DNA from: Phoronis australis
Taxonomy: Eukaryota > Animalia > Phoronida
Direction of reading: 5' to 3'
Assembly (NCBI GenBank): GCA_002633005.1
Contig: NMRA01000172.1
Coordinates: 3,825-67,824 of the forward strand
Length of the DNA stretch: 64,000 bases
Shown: piece by piece, positions 35,271 to 48,300 of the stretch
Layout: every line of letters begins with the position of its first letter
Position numbering within the stretch: the first letter of the stretch is position 1
Program-made: the position numbers and the translations under genes
The notes under the pieces: model-generated
Told to the model about the DNA's origin: nothing
Database searches by the model: none
The model's input: only the letters and a program-made list of their open reading frames with translations

Positions 35271-38200
35271 TTATGTAGCTTCAGACTGGGCCTGGATGGT
35301 CAGCACGTAATAGTCGTTCTCTGAAATTAAAAAAGCCAGAATTAGATGACAGCCATTAACTTTATAGACGCACTGGCAAATGGACTAGCATATAGTAGAG
35401 TATATCACAATAAAAGACTTTACAAAGCTGTGTCGTACAGCTGTGTCGTACAAAGCCCAGGAACAAAATTAAAACCAAACCAGTTGTATTTTTCATTCAC
35501 TTGTCTCATATCAAAAACAAGTGGCTGTCTCCTCAATACTGCCCAACGAACTGCAAAATATGCCTGATCCTTCCTGGCCTAAGAATCAACGCCAACATTT
35601 TAAAGTGGAACTTGCATCCCCGTTACTGCAGCTTGGTCAAATTAGTTAGAAACAAAACATATAGCGACGACGTGAATATGAAGTAGATTGAAAATTGCCA
35701 AACGTTTTTAAGAACGAGTTTTGTGTCGAAACTGATCCACCGTAAATAATTCAACTGTGTCCAGTGAGTATCGTGACATAGTGTTCGATAATAATACTGC
35801 ATGATGTGAGTTATGTGAGCACCCAATGTACGTCATTGGTGCAGAGGTCACATATTTGCACAATTTTATGTATTCACATTTACAAGTTTTCAGTGAACAC
35901 AACTGCACTATGTTTAGCGTAGATGATGTTCAGATAACATTATTGTTTAGTTCCTGTTATACATTAGCATAGTTAGGAGCATGCAAATACACCTTTAAAA
36001 TGTCTTGATAGCTAAAAATATTTCTTTTTTTGGATTTTAAAAAATCATTGTTGGTTACCCTCTATACCTCTTTCTAATTACCTGGTGCAACCATGATTTC
36101 ATGCTTGCGTGTTCGTATCCTGAGGAAGGTCATAAGGTCATGAGGGTCAAGGTCACGCACTATTTCTCCAGCCTTTTTTGTCAGCTGCACGACATGAGTA
36201 GCATACTGAACAGTCGTGGAGTTGTCCAGGGTTGTCTTGATAGGTATGCCTATAAGATTCAGGATTGTGTGACATGCAGTGCGTTTTAATGTAAAAGCCC
36301 CACCTGGCTAAACATGCCATGAGAATAGCATTTACAGACCTTGTTACACCAAGACTAGTCTAAGCCAGGTGTCTTTCCCCAAACAGCAAGTCAAGCCTAT
36401 TCCTATGAAGCAATGCCCGAATTAATTGATCATGTAAACCTTTGTTAAAAAGTACTGAGCCTGTAATTATTTCCACCAGATTACTTAGGTTCTTTGCACT
36501 GGAAACACAAAGGTAATGGTAAGGGGCTGTCTGCACGTGATCAAGGGGAGAAGTAATTTATTTTTTGAGGCAATGATTGAGCATTAATTGTTTTTTCAAA
36601 ATATCACTAAAAACCTGACACAATCTGAGGAAACATTCAAATTTCAATGAAGTGAGTCACAGTTTTCGAGATGTAAATTACTGTTGAAGCATTAACCAGC
36701 ACGGACAACACGGAGTGGAACACAGTGCTCTAATGCGCAGATGAATAATCCTATTTTATTGATACGTCATAACAATACGGCTTGGGCAGTTGTGGGGAGG
36801 AGTATGAGATGCTACGACTGACGAGTTTCTGGATATCACCAACTTTGACACAACATCAAGCATTGTAGCACAGGAGTTGTTTATTGTTATTATATGGTTT
36901 CAGATAGGTATTCTGTAGCTCCATTTTGAATAAGTTTAAGAAAATGCAAAAATGGGATGAATTGCAATAGCTACCTTATGGTAATCTCTCAGTGAAACAG
37001 TAAAGTTAGCAATGCAATGATACAATGTGATGGACAAGTGGAACTTGATTATTTAATGTTATATATACAGTACAAAATAAATGCTTTATCAGTTTTAAAT
37101 TCTATACCATGGCTACCATCTGACACTGATTTGGCAAACTGTGGATATCCACAGCAATGTCACAAGTCTTTGAAAAATGAAAAGACATTTTTGGCAATTA
37201 TTTTTGTATCAGTGGGATAAAACATCAAAATCGTTAAATCATTAAAAAACTCCACACGATTCCATATTCCAGAGACGAGCGTCATGTAGTTCTTACCTTC
37301 ACTGTTGACCACAACAGCACCAATCACACCCTTGTGCGAGGTGATCCTCTTGAAAGTTTCTTCTACTTCTGCCTGCAAAATGACAGCAGAACATGTTACA
37401 ACATTGCAATGTTATTTTCTACACATAGGACACCTTAGGAGGATGTTGATGTCTTTAATTCCTTCCAACTCTAACAAATTTGCGCATATTAATTTTTTGA
37501 ACAGTCCTTCATTCAATTGCCCATATCAGCAACTGGAATTTTTAAACTGCGAGCAAGGAAAATATAAAAAGACAACAATGGCCTCTTAAGGTGCCTATCT
37601 ATGTGGAAAATGTACTTATAGCAACATGAGTTTGGTGGTTTAATTAGTATGAGGCATAATTCACCAAAAAGCTTCTACTGCATGGAGGGCCAATGGGATG
37701 GCCACCATCTCTACTGGGGCCAGCTGGTACTGTCTACTGCCTGTCCCACCTTCACTGTTGGGACAGTAAGTGCTATCTAGTTTGTTGGTTGCTCGGTCTA
37801 TCATGACGAAATTGTGTCCTGCATTTTGAATTCTATTCTTAATTTATCCAGACGGTAACCACTGTCTTTAGCTGGATTAGTAGAGACGGTCAAGCTCCTA
37901 TAGTATCTTCATACGCCGAAAGCTTTTCGGCCAATTATGCCTTGCACACCAGGGGATATGACGTCATACCACCTGCCGCTCGCAGTGTTAAAAATGGCCA
38001 GTTACCAGTTTTGGGAACTGAACGAGGTACTGCTCGAAGAAAATGTTTGATAACAGGAGTATTTGTTCAAGATGGAAGCTAGAAATTAAAGGCATCGACG
38101 GCCTCCAAAGGTGTCCCTTTATGCGTAAAAGGTACATATAACAACATGACTTTGATTTTAATCAGTATTAGCCATTATTTGCCGAAAAGGTTCCGGCATA

Positions 38201-38681
38201 TGAAGCTTGGAGCTTCGCCGTCTCTACAGGTCCAGCTAGGGACGGTGGTCACTTTCAAAATTGAATAAAGACTAAATCAGTTGCATTGACATGGCACGAC
38301 ATATATATATATACTAGTAGGTACAAGGTCACGAATTATGTGTAGCAGTGCCTGCCTGGGAGTCTCTCTTACGTTCATGACATCAGAGCTTAGGCCTATA
38401 TGCCTTCTAGTGGGCCTGTTTGGCAACACACGGAGGTGGTTTATAAGCAAGAGTCGCGAGAAAACTCATTTTAATTTTGACGTTTTTAGCATTCAACCAA
38501 TCCATACACCCATTTACCGTCATGAAAACACCTGACTCGACTGACTTACTACACGCAGTTGTACCCATAATTCAGACGACTGGGGTATACTTCTCATTTT
38601 TTACTAAAGATAAAATTTCAGCAACAATCAAAACTAAGATATTGAACAAAAAATTAAGACGTAACCTACCTCAGTCACCAT
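35271..38681 (-). CDS. DYNLRB: Dynein light chain roadblock-type protein (98 or 101 aa)
   Basis: Exons 38681-38679 (ATG only; or to 38670), 37372-37297 (76 nt), 36249-36082 (168 nt), 35320-35271. Protein [43 protein letters not shown]...VRDLDP...[32 protein letters not shown]. Confidence 0.93.
37849..38253. mobile_element. Internally deleted copy of the foldback element at 42611-43138
   Basis: Shares TAGTAGAGACGG...CTTCATACGCC...CTTTTCGG and GCAGTGT.AAAAATGG.CAGTTACC. Further pieces at ~37430-37740, ~41540-41810 and ~5360-5590. Confidence 0.65.
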
Positions 38682-39349
38682 CTTTCGCTGTTGCTATGTT
38701 CTGAAGCGCATGCGTATTATTGACATACCTTTTCCGATCGTTTTCTTTCACTTCCAAAAGATGTCGCTATGTAAATGAAGTAGCCATAGACATGTATACG
38801 TCGGTGGATTTTATTTGAACCCGTTGACTTTTGAGGTCTTGTGACATAAAATCCGTACACTCCTCGCCAGTCCGGAGCTGTTATTGTTAGGCACACCTTA
38901 ACCATGGCAAAGATTTTATAGTATCTTTGACCATGGTACATTGCAGGCTGTCCGTTACATCCGAGACAAAACTAAAAGCAGTCGGGCGGCGGACAGAGCG
39001 AGGGGGCTAAGGGGGCCATCTTGCCCCCACCCCCTAAAACTCTCCCAGATTTCATTGGGNCCCCCCCCCCGCAACTCAAAATCTTGGATACGCCCCTGAA
39101 CTACTGAGCTATCAGGCTGCTATCATGAATATATAGAACACAACGCCGCGCTCCGGACTGCTCATGCGCTGATCAGTAATCTCAGTGCTTGCCTATTCAG
39201 TACGGTCCCACTGTAATACAACTGAGAAAGTCGTTCCCATGGCAGGACTCCACGGCCGAGCTATAGTGAATCGTCAGAACACTATATTTCCGACTAATCG
39301 ACTTCTAGAAATTATGAAATCATGAGAATATAAGAGTAAACTGTGTACT

Positions 39350-39680
39350 AATGCGCGCACCAAGCCTAAAAAATGGGGGGCTCGAATTTTTGAGAATGTG
39401 GACCTTTCAGTTACTAAAAAATAAAGAAAAGAAAAAAATGTGGACTTTTTACTAAAAAAGAAAAGCAAAAAATACTATGTGGACCTTCAAGTTACTAAAA
39501 AACGGTTTTACTAAAAAAACGGTTGAATTAAAAGAGAAAAAACGGGGTACGTTCAGCTGCCTTTTAAGTGGACTTTTTTTACTCGTTTTCTATTTTTTGG
39601 ACTTTTTGTTTCTCTGCATGAGGCGGACCTTTTTGCCCCCTTCGCCAAATATGGGGGGGCTCGTTTGAGCCCCCCTCACC
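39350..39680. mobile_element. MITE family copy (related copy at ~53735-53961)
   Basis: Shared AGCCTAAAAAATGGGGG...TTTTTGAGAATGTGGACCTTT and GAGGCGGACCTTTTTGCCC...GAGCCCCCC. Confidence 0.6.
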
Positions 39681-40433
39681 AGTACCCGGCAGAACTGAGC
39701 CCAGTATGATACACCAATATGAGCACTGTGGTTCAAAGATTGCATTGAGTTTTGAACATGAGAGAATCAGCCAAAGCCGGTCCTCACTCATCTTCAGTTT
39801 TACTGACAAAATTCTTTGTTAAAATAAGTCAATCACGTAATGCAGCACTCGACCATGTCGGGTCCTCTCGAGCGGGGAGGCCTGCATCAGGGTGCTCCCA
39901 CGGATGGACTTGTAGGGCCAGTGCCGCTTAGATTCACGACCAGCTATAGGCCAGCTGTTTTACTCAGTAATACAATAGAACGCGTTTTCTGCTGACAAAA
40001 TTCCCGTCTACGAAAGCGTCTGTGCCTTTTCTGATAGTCCCTTCAAAACTGAGGATACACTTCACATGACGGCGCCTTTTCCGGCCGTTGCTCCCAACTT
40101 GTTCGATTCTATAGCCCAACAACAATTAAGTTGGGAACTTGAAGTTTACCCCTGTAGCCAATATCTTGCACAACTGAACTCCATTCTGGCATTTATGGTT
40201 GGAGGGACAGCTCTCTTTTGTTCCGATAATTGCGCTAATCTCCCGGCAACGAGAGATCACGGTATCTACCCTGACTGGCCCGGGCTGTGCTCACGGTTAA
40301 AAATAAAAGTTAAGTTATAACACATTTGAACATAAACCAATAGCATTTCTGAAATTTTAGTCAAATGGTGATCATGTTTAGTTTTTGAATCGCCAAGATA
40401 GCCCAACTGCGGCAACCGAACTGAGTTACGACA

Positions 40434-41074
40434 CAGTGGCGGATCTAGGATATTACAAGGGGGGGGCCAACATTTTGTCCGGCTGCAAGCATTTGCGCAA
40501 ACTGAACCACGATTGTAGATGCGCATAGCACCGAATGGGGGGAGGTCGGGAGGGGGGCATACCCACCTCCCGCTCAGGAAATTTTTCTGTTTTTACCTCT
40601 AAAAATCAAGCATTTTCCTTGATTCCTGAAGTATTATCCAAGAAAAAAAGGAAAAGAAAAACAAGGAGAACGTGTGTCAAAACAGGAAAAACTGAACGCA
40701 CCAACGACTCGAACTCACGACATGGCGCATAGAGAGCGCGTGCATTACCACTACACCACCACGATTTAACTACTGCTCTTCTACTAAAAGACTTACTTGT
40801 TTATGGTCCACAGCGTTTGCGCGCGAAACCTACTTCTTTTCGTAATGCTATACGTTTTATATTTTGTGCCATCAATTCTTAACAAATTTGTCGTATTTAA
40901 AATAGTCTTCAAATGCCCAAAAGACCAAATCCGTTTTTCGTGTTGGCAATAATGACGGGATTGCTTTGGAAATCGTCTTAAGATAAGGTTTGACAAAGAG
41001 AGCATTGCGAGTTTCTGAGTGATTCACTAAGGCTTCGATTAAAATTCACATCTTACCAGCAGCTTCTGTTTTTT
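40434..41074. mobile_element. Second copy of the 22395-23535 element, running into an assembly gap
   Basis: Starts CAGTGGCGGATCTAGGATAT and is collinear with 22395-23001 up to the N run at 41075. Confidence 0.85.
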
Positions 41075-42392
41075 NNNNNNNNNNNNNNNNNNNNNNNNNN
41101 NNNNNNNNNNNNNNNNNNNNNNNNNNNNNNNNNNNNNNNNNNNNNNNNNNNNNNNNNNNNNNNNNNNNNNNNNNNNNNNNNNNNNNNNNNNNNNNNNNNN
41201 NNNNNNNNNNNNNNNNNNNNNNNNNNNNNNNNNNNNNNNNNNNNNNNNNNNNNNNNNNNNNNNNNNNNNNNNNNNNNNNNNNNNNNNNNNNNNNNNNNNN
41301 NNNNNNNNNNNNNNNNNNNNNNNNNNNNNNNNNNNNNNNNNNNNNNNNNNNNNNNNNNNNNNNNNNNNNNNNNNNNNNNNNNNNNNNNNNNNNNNNNNNN
41401 NNNNNNNNNNNNNNNNNNNNNNNNNNNNNNNNNNNNNNNNNNNNNNNNNNNNNNNNNNNNNNNNNNNNNNNNNNNNNNNNNNNNNNNNNNNNNNNNNNNN
41501 NNNNNNNNNNNNNNNNNNNNNNNNNNNNNNNNNNNNNAAAAAGTTGAGTTCACGATTTTGGGAACTGAAATAGGGACTGCTCGAAGAAAAAGTTTCATAA
41601 CGGGAGTATTTGTTCGAGTTGGAAGGAATTAAACACATCGACAACCTCCTAAGGTGTTCCTCTATGCGCAAAAGGTATTTGTAACAACGTGACTTTGATG
41701 GTTTAGTCGGTGCGAGGCATAATTCGCCGAAAAGCTTCCGGCGTACAGAGCGCCTATAGCCTCTACATCGCCTCTGCTTCGGGCCAACAGAGGCGATGGT
41801 CATTGCCTATATTTGGGTTAGACATAGCCTTGCCCTTGGGCTTGGCCTTGGCCCTTGCCTTTGGTCACGGCCTTGGTGCAAAGCTGTATACTAAATATGC
41901 AGCTTTGCGCCGATGTGGGTAAAAAAGTGGTAAGATATAAAATCTGACACAAAATTAGTGTCACTAAAATCTACAGTCTTCCTTGAGTTAACTAAATAAT
42001 TTTACGCTGTTGGAATAAATGGTGTTCTACCGTTATTCTGCTGCTAAATTTGTGGAGCGATCTTTAGCGACGGCTTTCAGCGCCATGGAATATTGCGTCA
42101 CCTATTGGCTAACTTCTTTTTTCGCCAATTCTTCAACCAGCTGTTCTTCTTTCACGAGGTTGCGTACACGTCTACAAATTATCGCAGTTGGTTTCACTTC
42201 ACCGAAAAACTGAATTTCAAAAGAAATTTTGCTGCTGCCAAGCTATCATCTCCCGAGAGATGTTGCAAAAATTTAGGAAATGGCGCGTGTCACGAGCATA
42301 TTGTTTTCAAAATGACGACATAAATTTAATTTGTTAGAAAAAGTGGAGGATTACACAAGAAAATGACGTTTGTTGCATTGTTTTTTACTTAA

Positions 42393-45300
42393 ATGGTTGT
42401 AACAGTCAAGGTGAGTATCAGTTGACTCCCAGATTTTGCATGCACCCAGTGCGGTCGTTTGCTCTACATGTTGATATAGGTTTCACGGCGAGATGACGAG
42501 CAGAACTACCCTGGCTGCGTGTAATTTCGGGGTCTACAGAAGAAAAACATACAGCGGTACCTAGCTGTATTTTGACGATAGTCTTCATACAGCTAGCAGG
42601 CTGGCTTGGTTAGACAGTGACTACCGTCGCTAGCAGGCTTAGTAGAGACGGTGGAGGTCCTATAGGAGCTTCATACGCCAGCTTTTCGGCAAATTTGCCT
42701 CACACTGGTTAAAAAATCAGTCACGTTGTTTTATTAGTACCTTTTGCGCATAGAGAAACACCCTAGGAGTCCGTCGATGTCTTCAATATTCCTTCAACTT
42801 GAACAAGTTATCAAACTTTTTCTTCGAGCAGTCCTTTGTTCAGTTTACAAAATCGGAAACTGGACATTTTTAACACTGCACACAGCAGGTGGTATGATGT
42901 CATATCCTGTAGCATGCGCAGTGTAAAAATGGACAGTTACCGATTTTGGGACCTGAATGGACGGCATATTTGTTTGAGCTGGAAGGAATTTGGACATCAA
43001 CAGCCTCCTAAGGTGTCCCTCTGTGTGCAAAAGGTAATTGATTTTTTAATCAGTGTGAGGCATAATTCACCGAAAAGCCTCCTATAGGAGCTACAGTGTC
43101 TCTACTGAGCCTGCTAGAGACGCCTTGGTCACTGTCTATATTTGAGTCTGTTCTTCAGGGATTTCCCAAAAATACAATTTAGAGCTCCAGTATTAATTTC
43201 AAAGATTGTGTCTTTCTTCAGCAACTCTTGAATAAAAGGACACTTTCTTATGACTAGTTAAAATCAGGTCACATGACAATGCAATAGACAGGCCTCGTTA
43301 GGGATGTCACAGTTCCGAATATCTGGTTGAATCCTTATAAAGGTAAACCCTGCTGCATCATCAAAAACAGGTTATATGCAAAATTGTATGTAATTTTTCA
43401 ATTCCTCACTAAATGTTGTACAGTGTTGCTAAAAATTAAATGTCTGCTCATCAATAAATAGGCATTCTTTGAATTTCTCATCTTTGGTTATTTATTGACT
43501 GATATGTAGTTTTGTAATTTTGATGACGCTAGGGAATTTCGGCACGGCAAAATTGGTTTGGCAATTTTTTTTCAAAACTAAGGTGCACGACTCCATTCCT
43601 CACTCATATTTCACTGATGTTTTTGCATCTTTTCCCAGACTTCCAGATTTAAATCCTTCAGACTTTGGGGAAGACTTGTGTCTACATCCTTGATTGGACT
43701 GCAGGCTGCAAGCCTTGCACAGAAGAAGAAAGGTATGAAGTGACAGGAACAACCAGAGTGGCAGTTACACTATTATGTGGCTTCATGCTTTGGTGGTCTT
43801 CTTCTTTTTCCCCATGTGCTCTGTTGGCAAGTGTTGTGGTATTGTAGCTCTCCACGAAAAGATGTGAAAAGTCGGATTGATTATTATGTTGTTCATGTGA
43901 AGGTATTTTGGTTGATAGCCTAGCCTGATTGCCATAGCAACGTGTTAGTTAACATGATGTGCGTGAATTCCTAATTTTTCAACTTTTGTCAGTTCAGCTT
44001 GTCCTGACGCGGAACAAACTTCGGTCAGTTGTTAAATGGATTCAATTTAGGTCTCGTGATTTTATTCCAAAAGTTAAAACACTAAACTGAAGTTAGTGCG
44101 CTGCCTTGTCGTGTCTGTAGTAGTACCCGTCATTCATTAGCATTCCTATTAACTCGCAGGTTCATCCAAGATAGAAAATATAGAAACCATCATCAAGTTG
44201 GCTGATCAACTGTACGATGAACATGAAACAGAGAAACTGTATCAACTACTCATTGAATATAAAGACACTGGTGATGCCGAAGTGCTGTGGAGATTGGCTC
44301 GGGCTGCACGTGACTTGGCAGAGGTGACCACAGACAACAACGTTAAACAGAAATTGGTGATGGAGGCATATCAGTGCGCGTCTAATGCATTACAGGCCAA
44401 CGGAAACTGCTATGCTGCACACAAGGTTTGAAAGGAGAAAAGTACAAGTTTTACAAAAAGCCTTTGGAATAATTCACACATAATGTGCCAAATTTCAAGT
44501 CAGTTTGTCTGGAGTAAGTCCACAAAAGTAGTGGCAAGGTGCTGTCAGTGACTGGTCTTTTGCAAAAGTGTTGTAATCTAGACAATGAATGCTTTTAACT
44601 GAATGGCTGCCTTTGGAGAAATAGTTGTTCTTGTTTGCCTTGCATAACTATAGGCAAGTTTAGGAAGATTTTTGTGTGTCTACCTCTGGGCACACTGCTC
44701 TTTTATGGGTGGTCTTGTTGGACAACAGTCGGGGTCCCGGATTTTTGAGAACCAGTTTGATGCCTGTTATTCAATGGCGGCAGCTGGTTCTCAAAATCTG
44801 TGATACCTGTAAGTGACCATTACTCTTTCTTGGGAAATCTGGTTGTTACTACACTGCTATAAACTGAATAAATATACCAAGTCACTACTGTAACAGATTC
44901 ATCTCCTTTTCCTAAGCAGGAAAACTCATTTTGATTTCTTACAAGTTCATCAAAATCGAGGCTTCCTACATGTAGCTCTTCGATGCAAAATGCTGTTTTT
45001 AGTGGTAGTGATTTTGTACAGCTGAAAATATAGAGATTATTGTTTTGTGACCGTGAAATGATAGTTAAGAATTACAGTGGTTAAATTTGTAACTACATCA
45101 TCATCACTACTCCTGTCAAAAGTACTGCATAACTGACATAGTTTAATATACCTGTGTTTGAGTCTTGTTAAAATACTAACTACAACACAAGTGGGTAATT
45201 AACCCCCTTGCCCAGAGAATGGATTCCTGCGACATGGTGGCGTTCTCGGACAAATATTGCTGGCCTGAAATTGTGTGACATTTTGTGACATTTTGAGAAC

Positions 45301-48300
45301 TCTGTGACAAAATGTGAGTCATGTAATTTTAATGTTTTGTTTGATTTACAGTTATTTATGCTGGATCAAGTGATAGTTCTTTTTTTCACAAATTGTGCAA
45401 TGGTGGAATTCATGGTCATCACTGACAAATACTGTGTCTCGCACATGTGACAAATGCAAAGTTGATGTGACTTATGCATGCGAAAAGCGTCAAGAGGCTT
45501 TCACAATTGGGAGTTTATGTGACATTTTGAAAATTTTGATATGTGACTAATTACTTCTTGCCATTAAACGTGAATCCATTCTCTGCCCTCGCCCTCAAAG
45601 TGGATGTTGTCATTAATGTTACATTTTTATTTCAGTGGTACGCTATTCTGCTTGATGCGAGTGCTCAGTTTGACGGAGTCAAGGCTCGCATTGAAGCATC
45701 TCCGGTCATGTTGAAACACTTTATGGTAAAGTACATTACAACGAGTTAGACCATCATACAGTGTTCCCGTGTTTTAAAAGATGACAGAACCATTCATGTG
45801 CCCAAATGACCAAAGACAATCTAAACGTTAATGTCTCCTATTGGAAGTTTTGAGCGGACATGCCATGTTTGTTTTTTTTTGCATAGTCAAATGTTGAAAT
45901 TAAAGAGGGTGCAGCACCATGTTATGACAGTTGGTGAAACACTGCGTCATAGTTATAGATGACCTTTTAATAAGCTGCGGTGCAGTGAAAGACTCGCCAA
46001 CTGATGAGTGCTGATTGCTTGAGCTAGATTATTGCCCTCTATGTCAGGTTTTAAGTTTACTGCATAGTCCGATAGCCATACCCTATCCACCATGAATGGT
46101 TCTTTTCATAAAGGCAAGGGTGATCCCTCCTGCTTACAACTGTAAAGTAGAATACCACCCACAAAGGCATGTCTGGGTCTTTCTACTGTCAACTGGCAGT
46201 TGGGCTCAACGGTTCATCATGACCCATTACTCTGACTGCTTTAAAAGTGTCCCATTTTGTGTCATTAAATATGCTGTGAAACTTCAAGTTGCATTCCCAC
46301 TGCTTCCTGTAAACTGGTTTGTTGTATTTTAGAATTCAAAGATTTGCCTCTGTCGAAAATGGTGCTCAAAATCTGTGTGATGAGATGGTAAATTTTGTCA
46401 AAGTATCCAAGCATGCCTATGGAAGTCCAATGAGCAGTGTATATGAGTGTGACTGAGCAGTGTATATGAGTGTGACTGAGCAGTGTATATGAGTGTGACT
46501 GAGCAGTGTATATGAGTGTGACTGAGCGGTGTATATGAGTGTGACTGAGCGGTGTATATGAGTGTGACTGAGCGGTGTATATGAGTGTGACTGAGCGGTG
46601 TATATGAGTGTGACTGAGCGGTGTGTATGAGTGTGACTGAGCTGTGTATATGAGTGTGACTGAGCGGTGTATATGAGTGTGACTGAGCTGTGCTTTTGTA
46701 GCCTTCGTTTCAGTGTCATTCATCAGTCACTAACATTGAGTTTCTGTTTCCTTCTAGAAAGCACTCGAGTTGAACCCCAACGATGCAACAACATACTACT
46801 TGATTGGCTTATGGTCAGTATGTCGCATGACTTAAAGGTCTAGGACCTGTTTCACTAAAATACCGTGACATAACAGCATTTTTACGTGGTGTCTACACAA
46901 AAGTTTATGTTAAAATTCTGTTTAGACTCTGTGTAAAAACAACATTGTAAAATTATACCGTTTTAGTGAAACAGTTTGTGGTAGAGAGACAGTTTAGCTT
47001 GTTATGTACTTCCATGATTTGCCTCAAACAAGGTTGAGCTGTTACATTCAGATTTCAGTTTTAATAAGTTTAAATTGACTTAAAGTCCATTGCAAGATGG
47101 TGATGGAAGCAGGCCTGCAGTCAGTGACTGAAATGGTAAGGTGAGGATTTTTGGCAAGTGAACGTACTGCCCACTTACTTCTCAGTCATCATCATGTAGC
47201 TGTCAATTATTTTTGCTGCCCCTCCCCCATCATCATCAATGGACTAAATTGAACTAAACTACCAACCACCATAATTCTTCATGAAAATGCATTATTCAAG
47301 TTTTATAAAATCATATCCTTTTTTTTCCTGTTTACCATTGTATGGCAATATTTTTGATTTATGTCATGAATTTTTCCTTATGTTAGCCAAGTTAGAGGTG
47401 ACATTAGAGCTATTTGTCCGTCTTTATTTTGCAACCAGTTACTAGAATGAAAACTACTAAGACTGATAGTAAACAATGAAATGCTCATCCAGATTTAAAA
47501 CATCTACTTAGTGCGAATGAATGATAAACACTCCATGATGTGTCTTTGCTGCTGTATGCATACATGATAGCATAGTATGAACTATACAAGTGAAAAAATA
47601 TATGCTATAAATATGTAACAAAGAAGGTGGCACATACTTAAGGCATCTTTGGTAACCTTTATAGTAAATCCTCACCTATTCAGCATACAGTGTGTCAAAA
47701 AATATGTAATTAATTGACTTTTGAAACTTAATAGATAAATATAAAGAATTCTGACAATTACTTGTGTGCTAAACATCAGGCTGAGAAACGACATACTCCT
47801 GGTGCGAAGTTGCAGCACAGTCATGTGACAGGCTGATATCACTCTCTTTCTCTCTTCAGGCATTTCTCCTTCGCTGATCTCGCCTGGTATCACAGGAAAT
47901 TGTGCGCTCTCGTCTACAACAAGCCACCAGAGTCCAGTTATGGCACGGTACATGCCCGCACTTTTACAGGGGAATGCTGTTCACAACTTTCAGAGCTATG
48001 AATATTTTTGCATTCGTTTCAATTTTTAACCTCAAAATAGAACAAATTCCTATGGGTACTTATTGACTTGGATTTAATTCTTTGAATTCATTTTGAAAAC
48101 CGTGTTCTTGACATCTCGCGTAATTTAAAAATTGGAGAGATAGCTGCACTGCATTGAAAAAACAGTGGTATCAACTCAGGTGCTGTTACATTTGTTATGT
48201 TTTAGAGGTTATTCATTTTTTTCAAGTTGCTGTGGATTGTACAACATTAAATTTTCTTTTCAGGCTCTGGAATATTTTGAAAAGGCAGAGAAAGGTATTG

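Noticed and set aside
41039-41803. ORFs of 254 and 181 aa
   Set aside because: Open only because they cross an N gap; the flanks are repeats.
46265-46723. Repetitive ORFs (HTHIHRSVTLIYTAQSHSY...) and a CRISPR-like appearance
   Set aside because: Translation of a 23-bp head-to-tail minisatellite with no unique spacers, in an intron of a eukaryotic gene.
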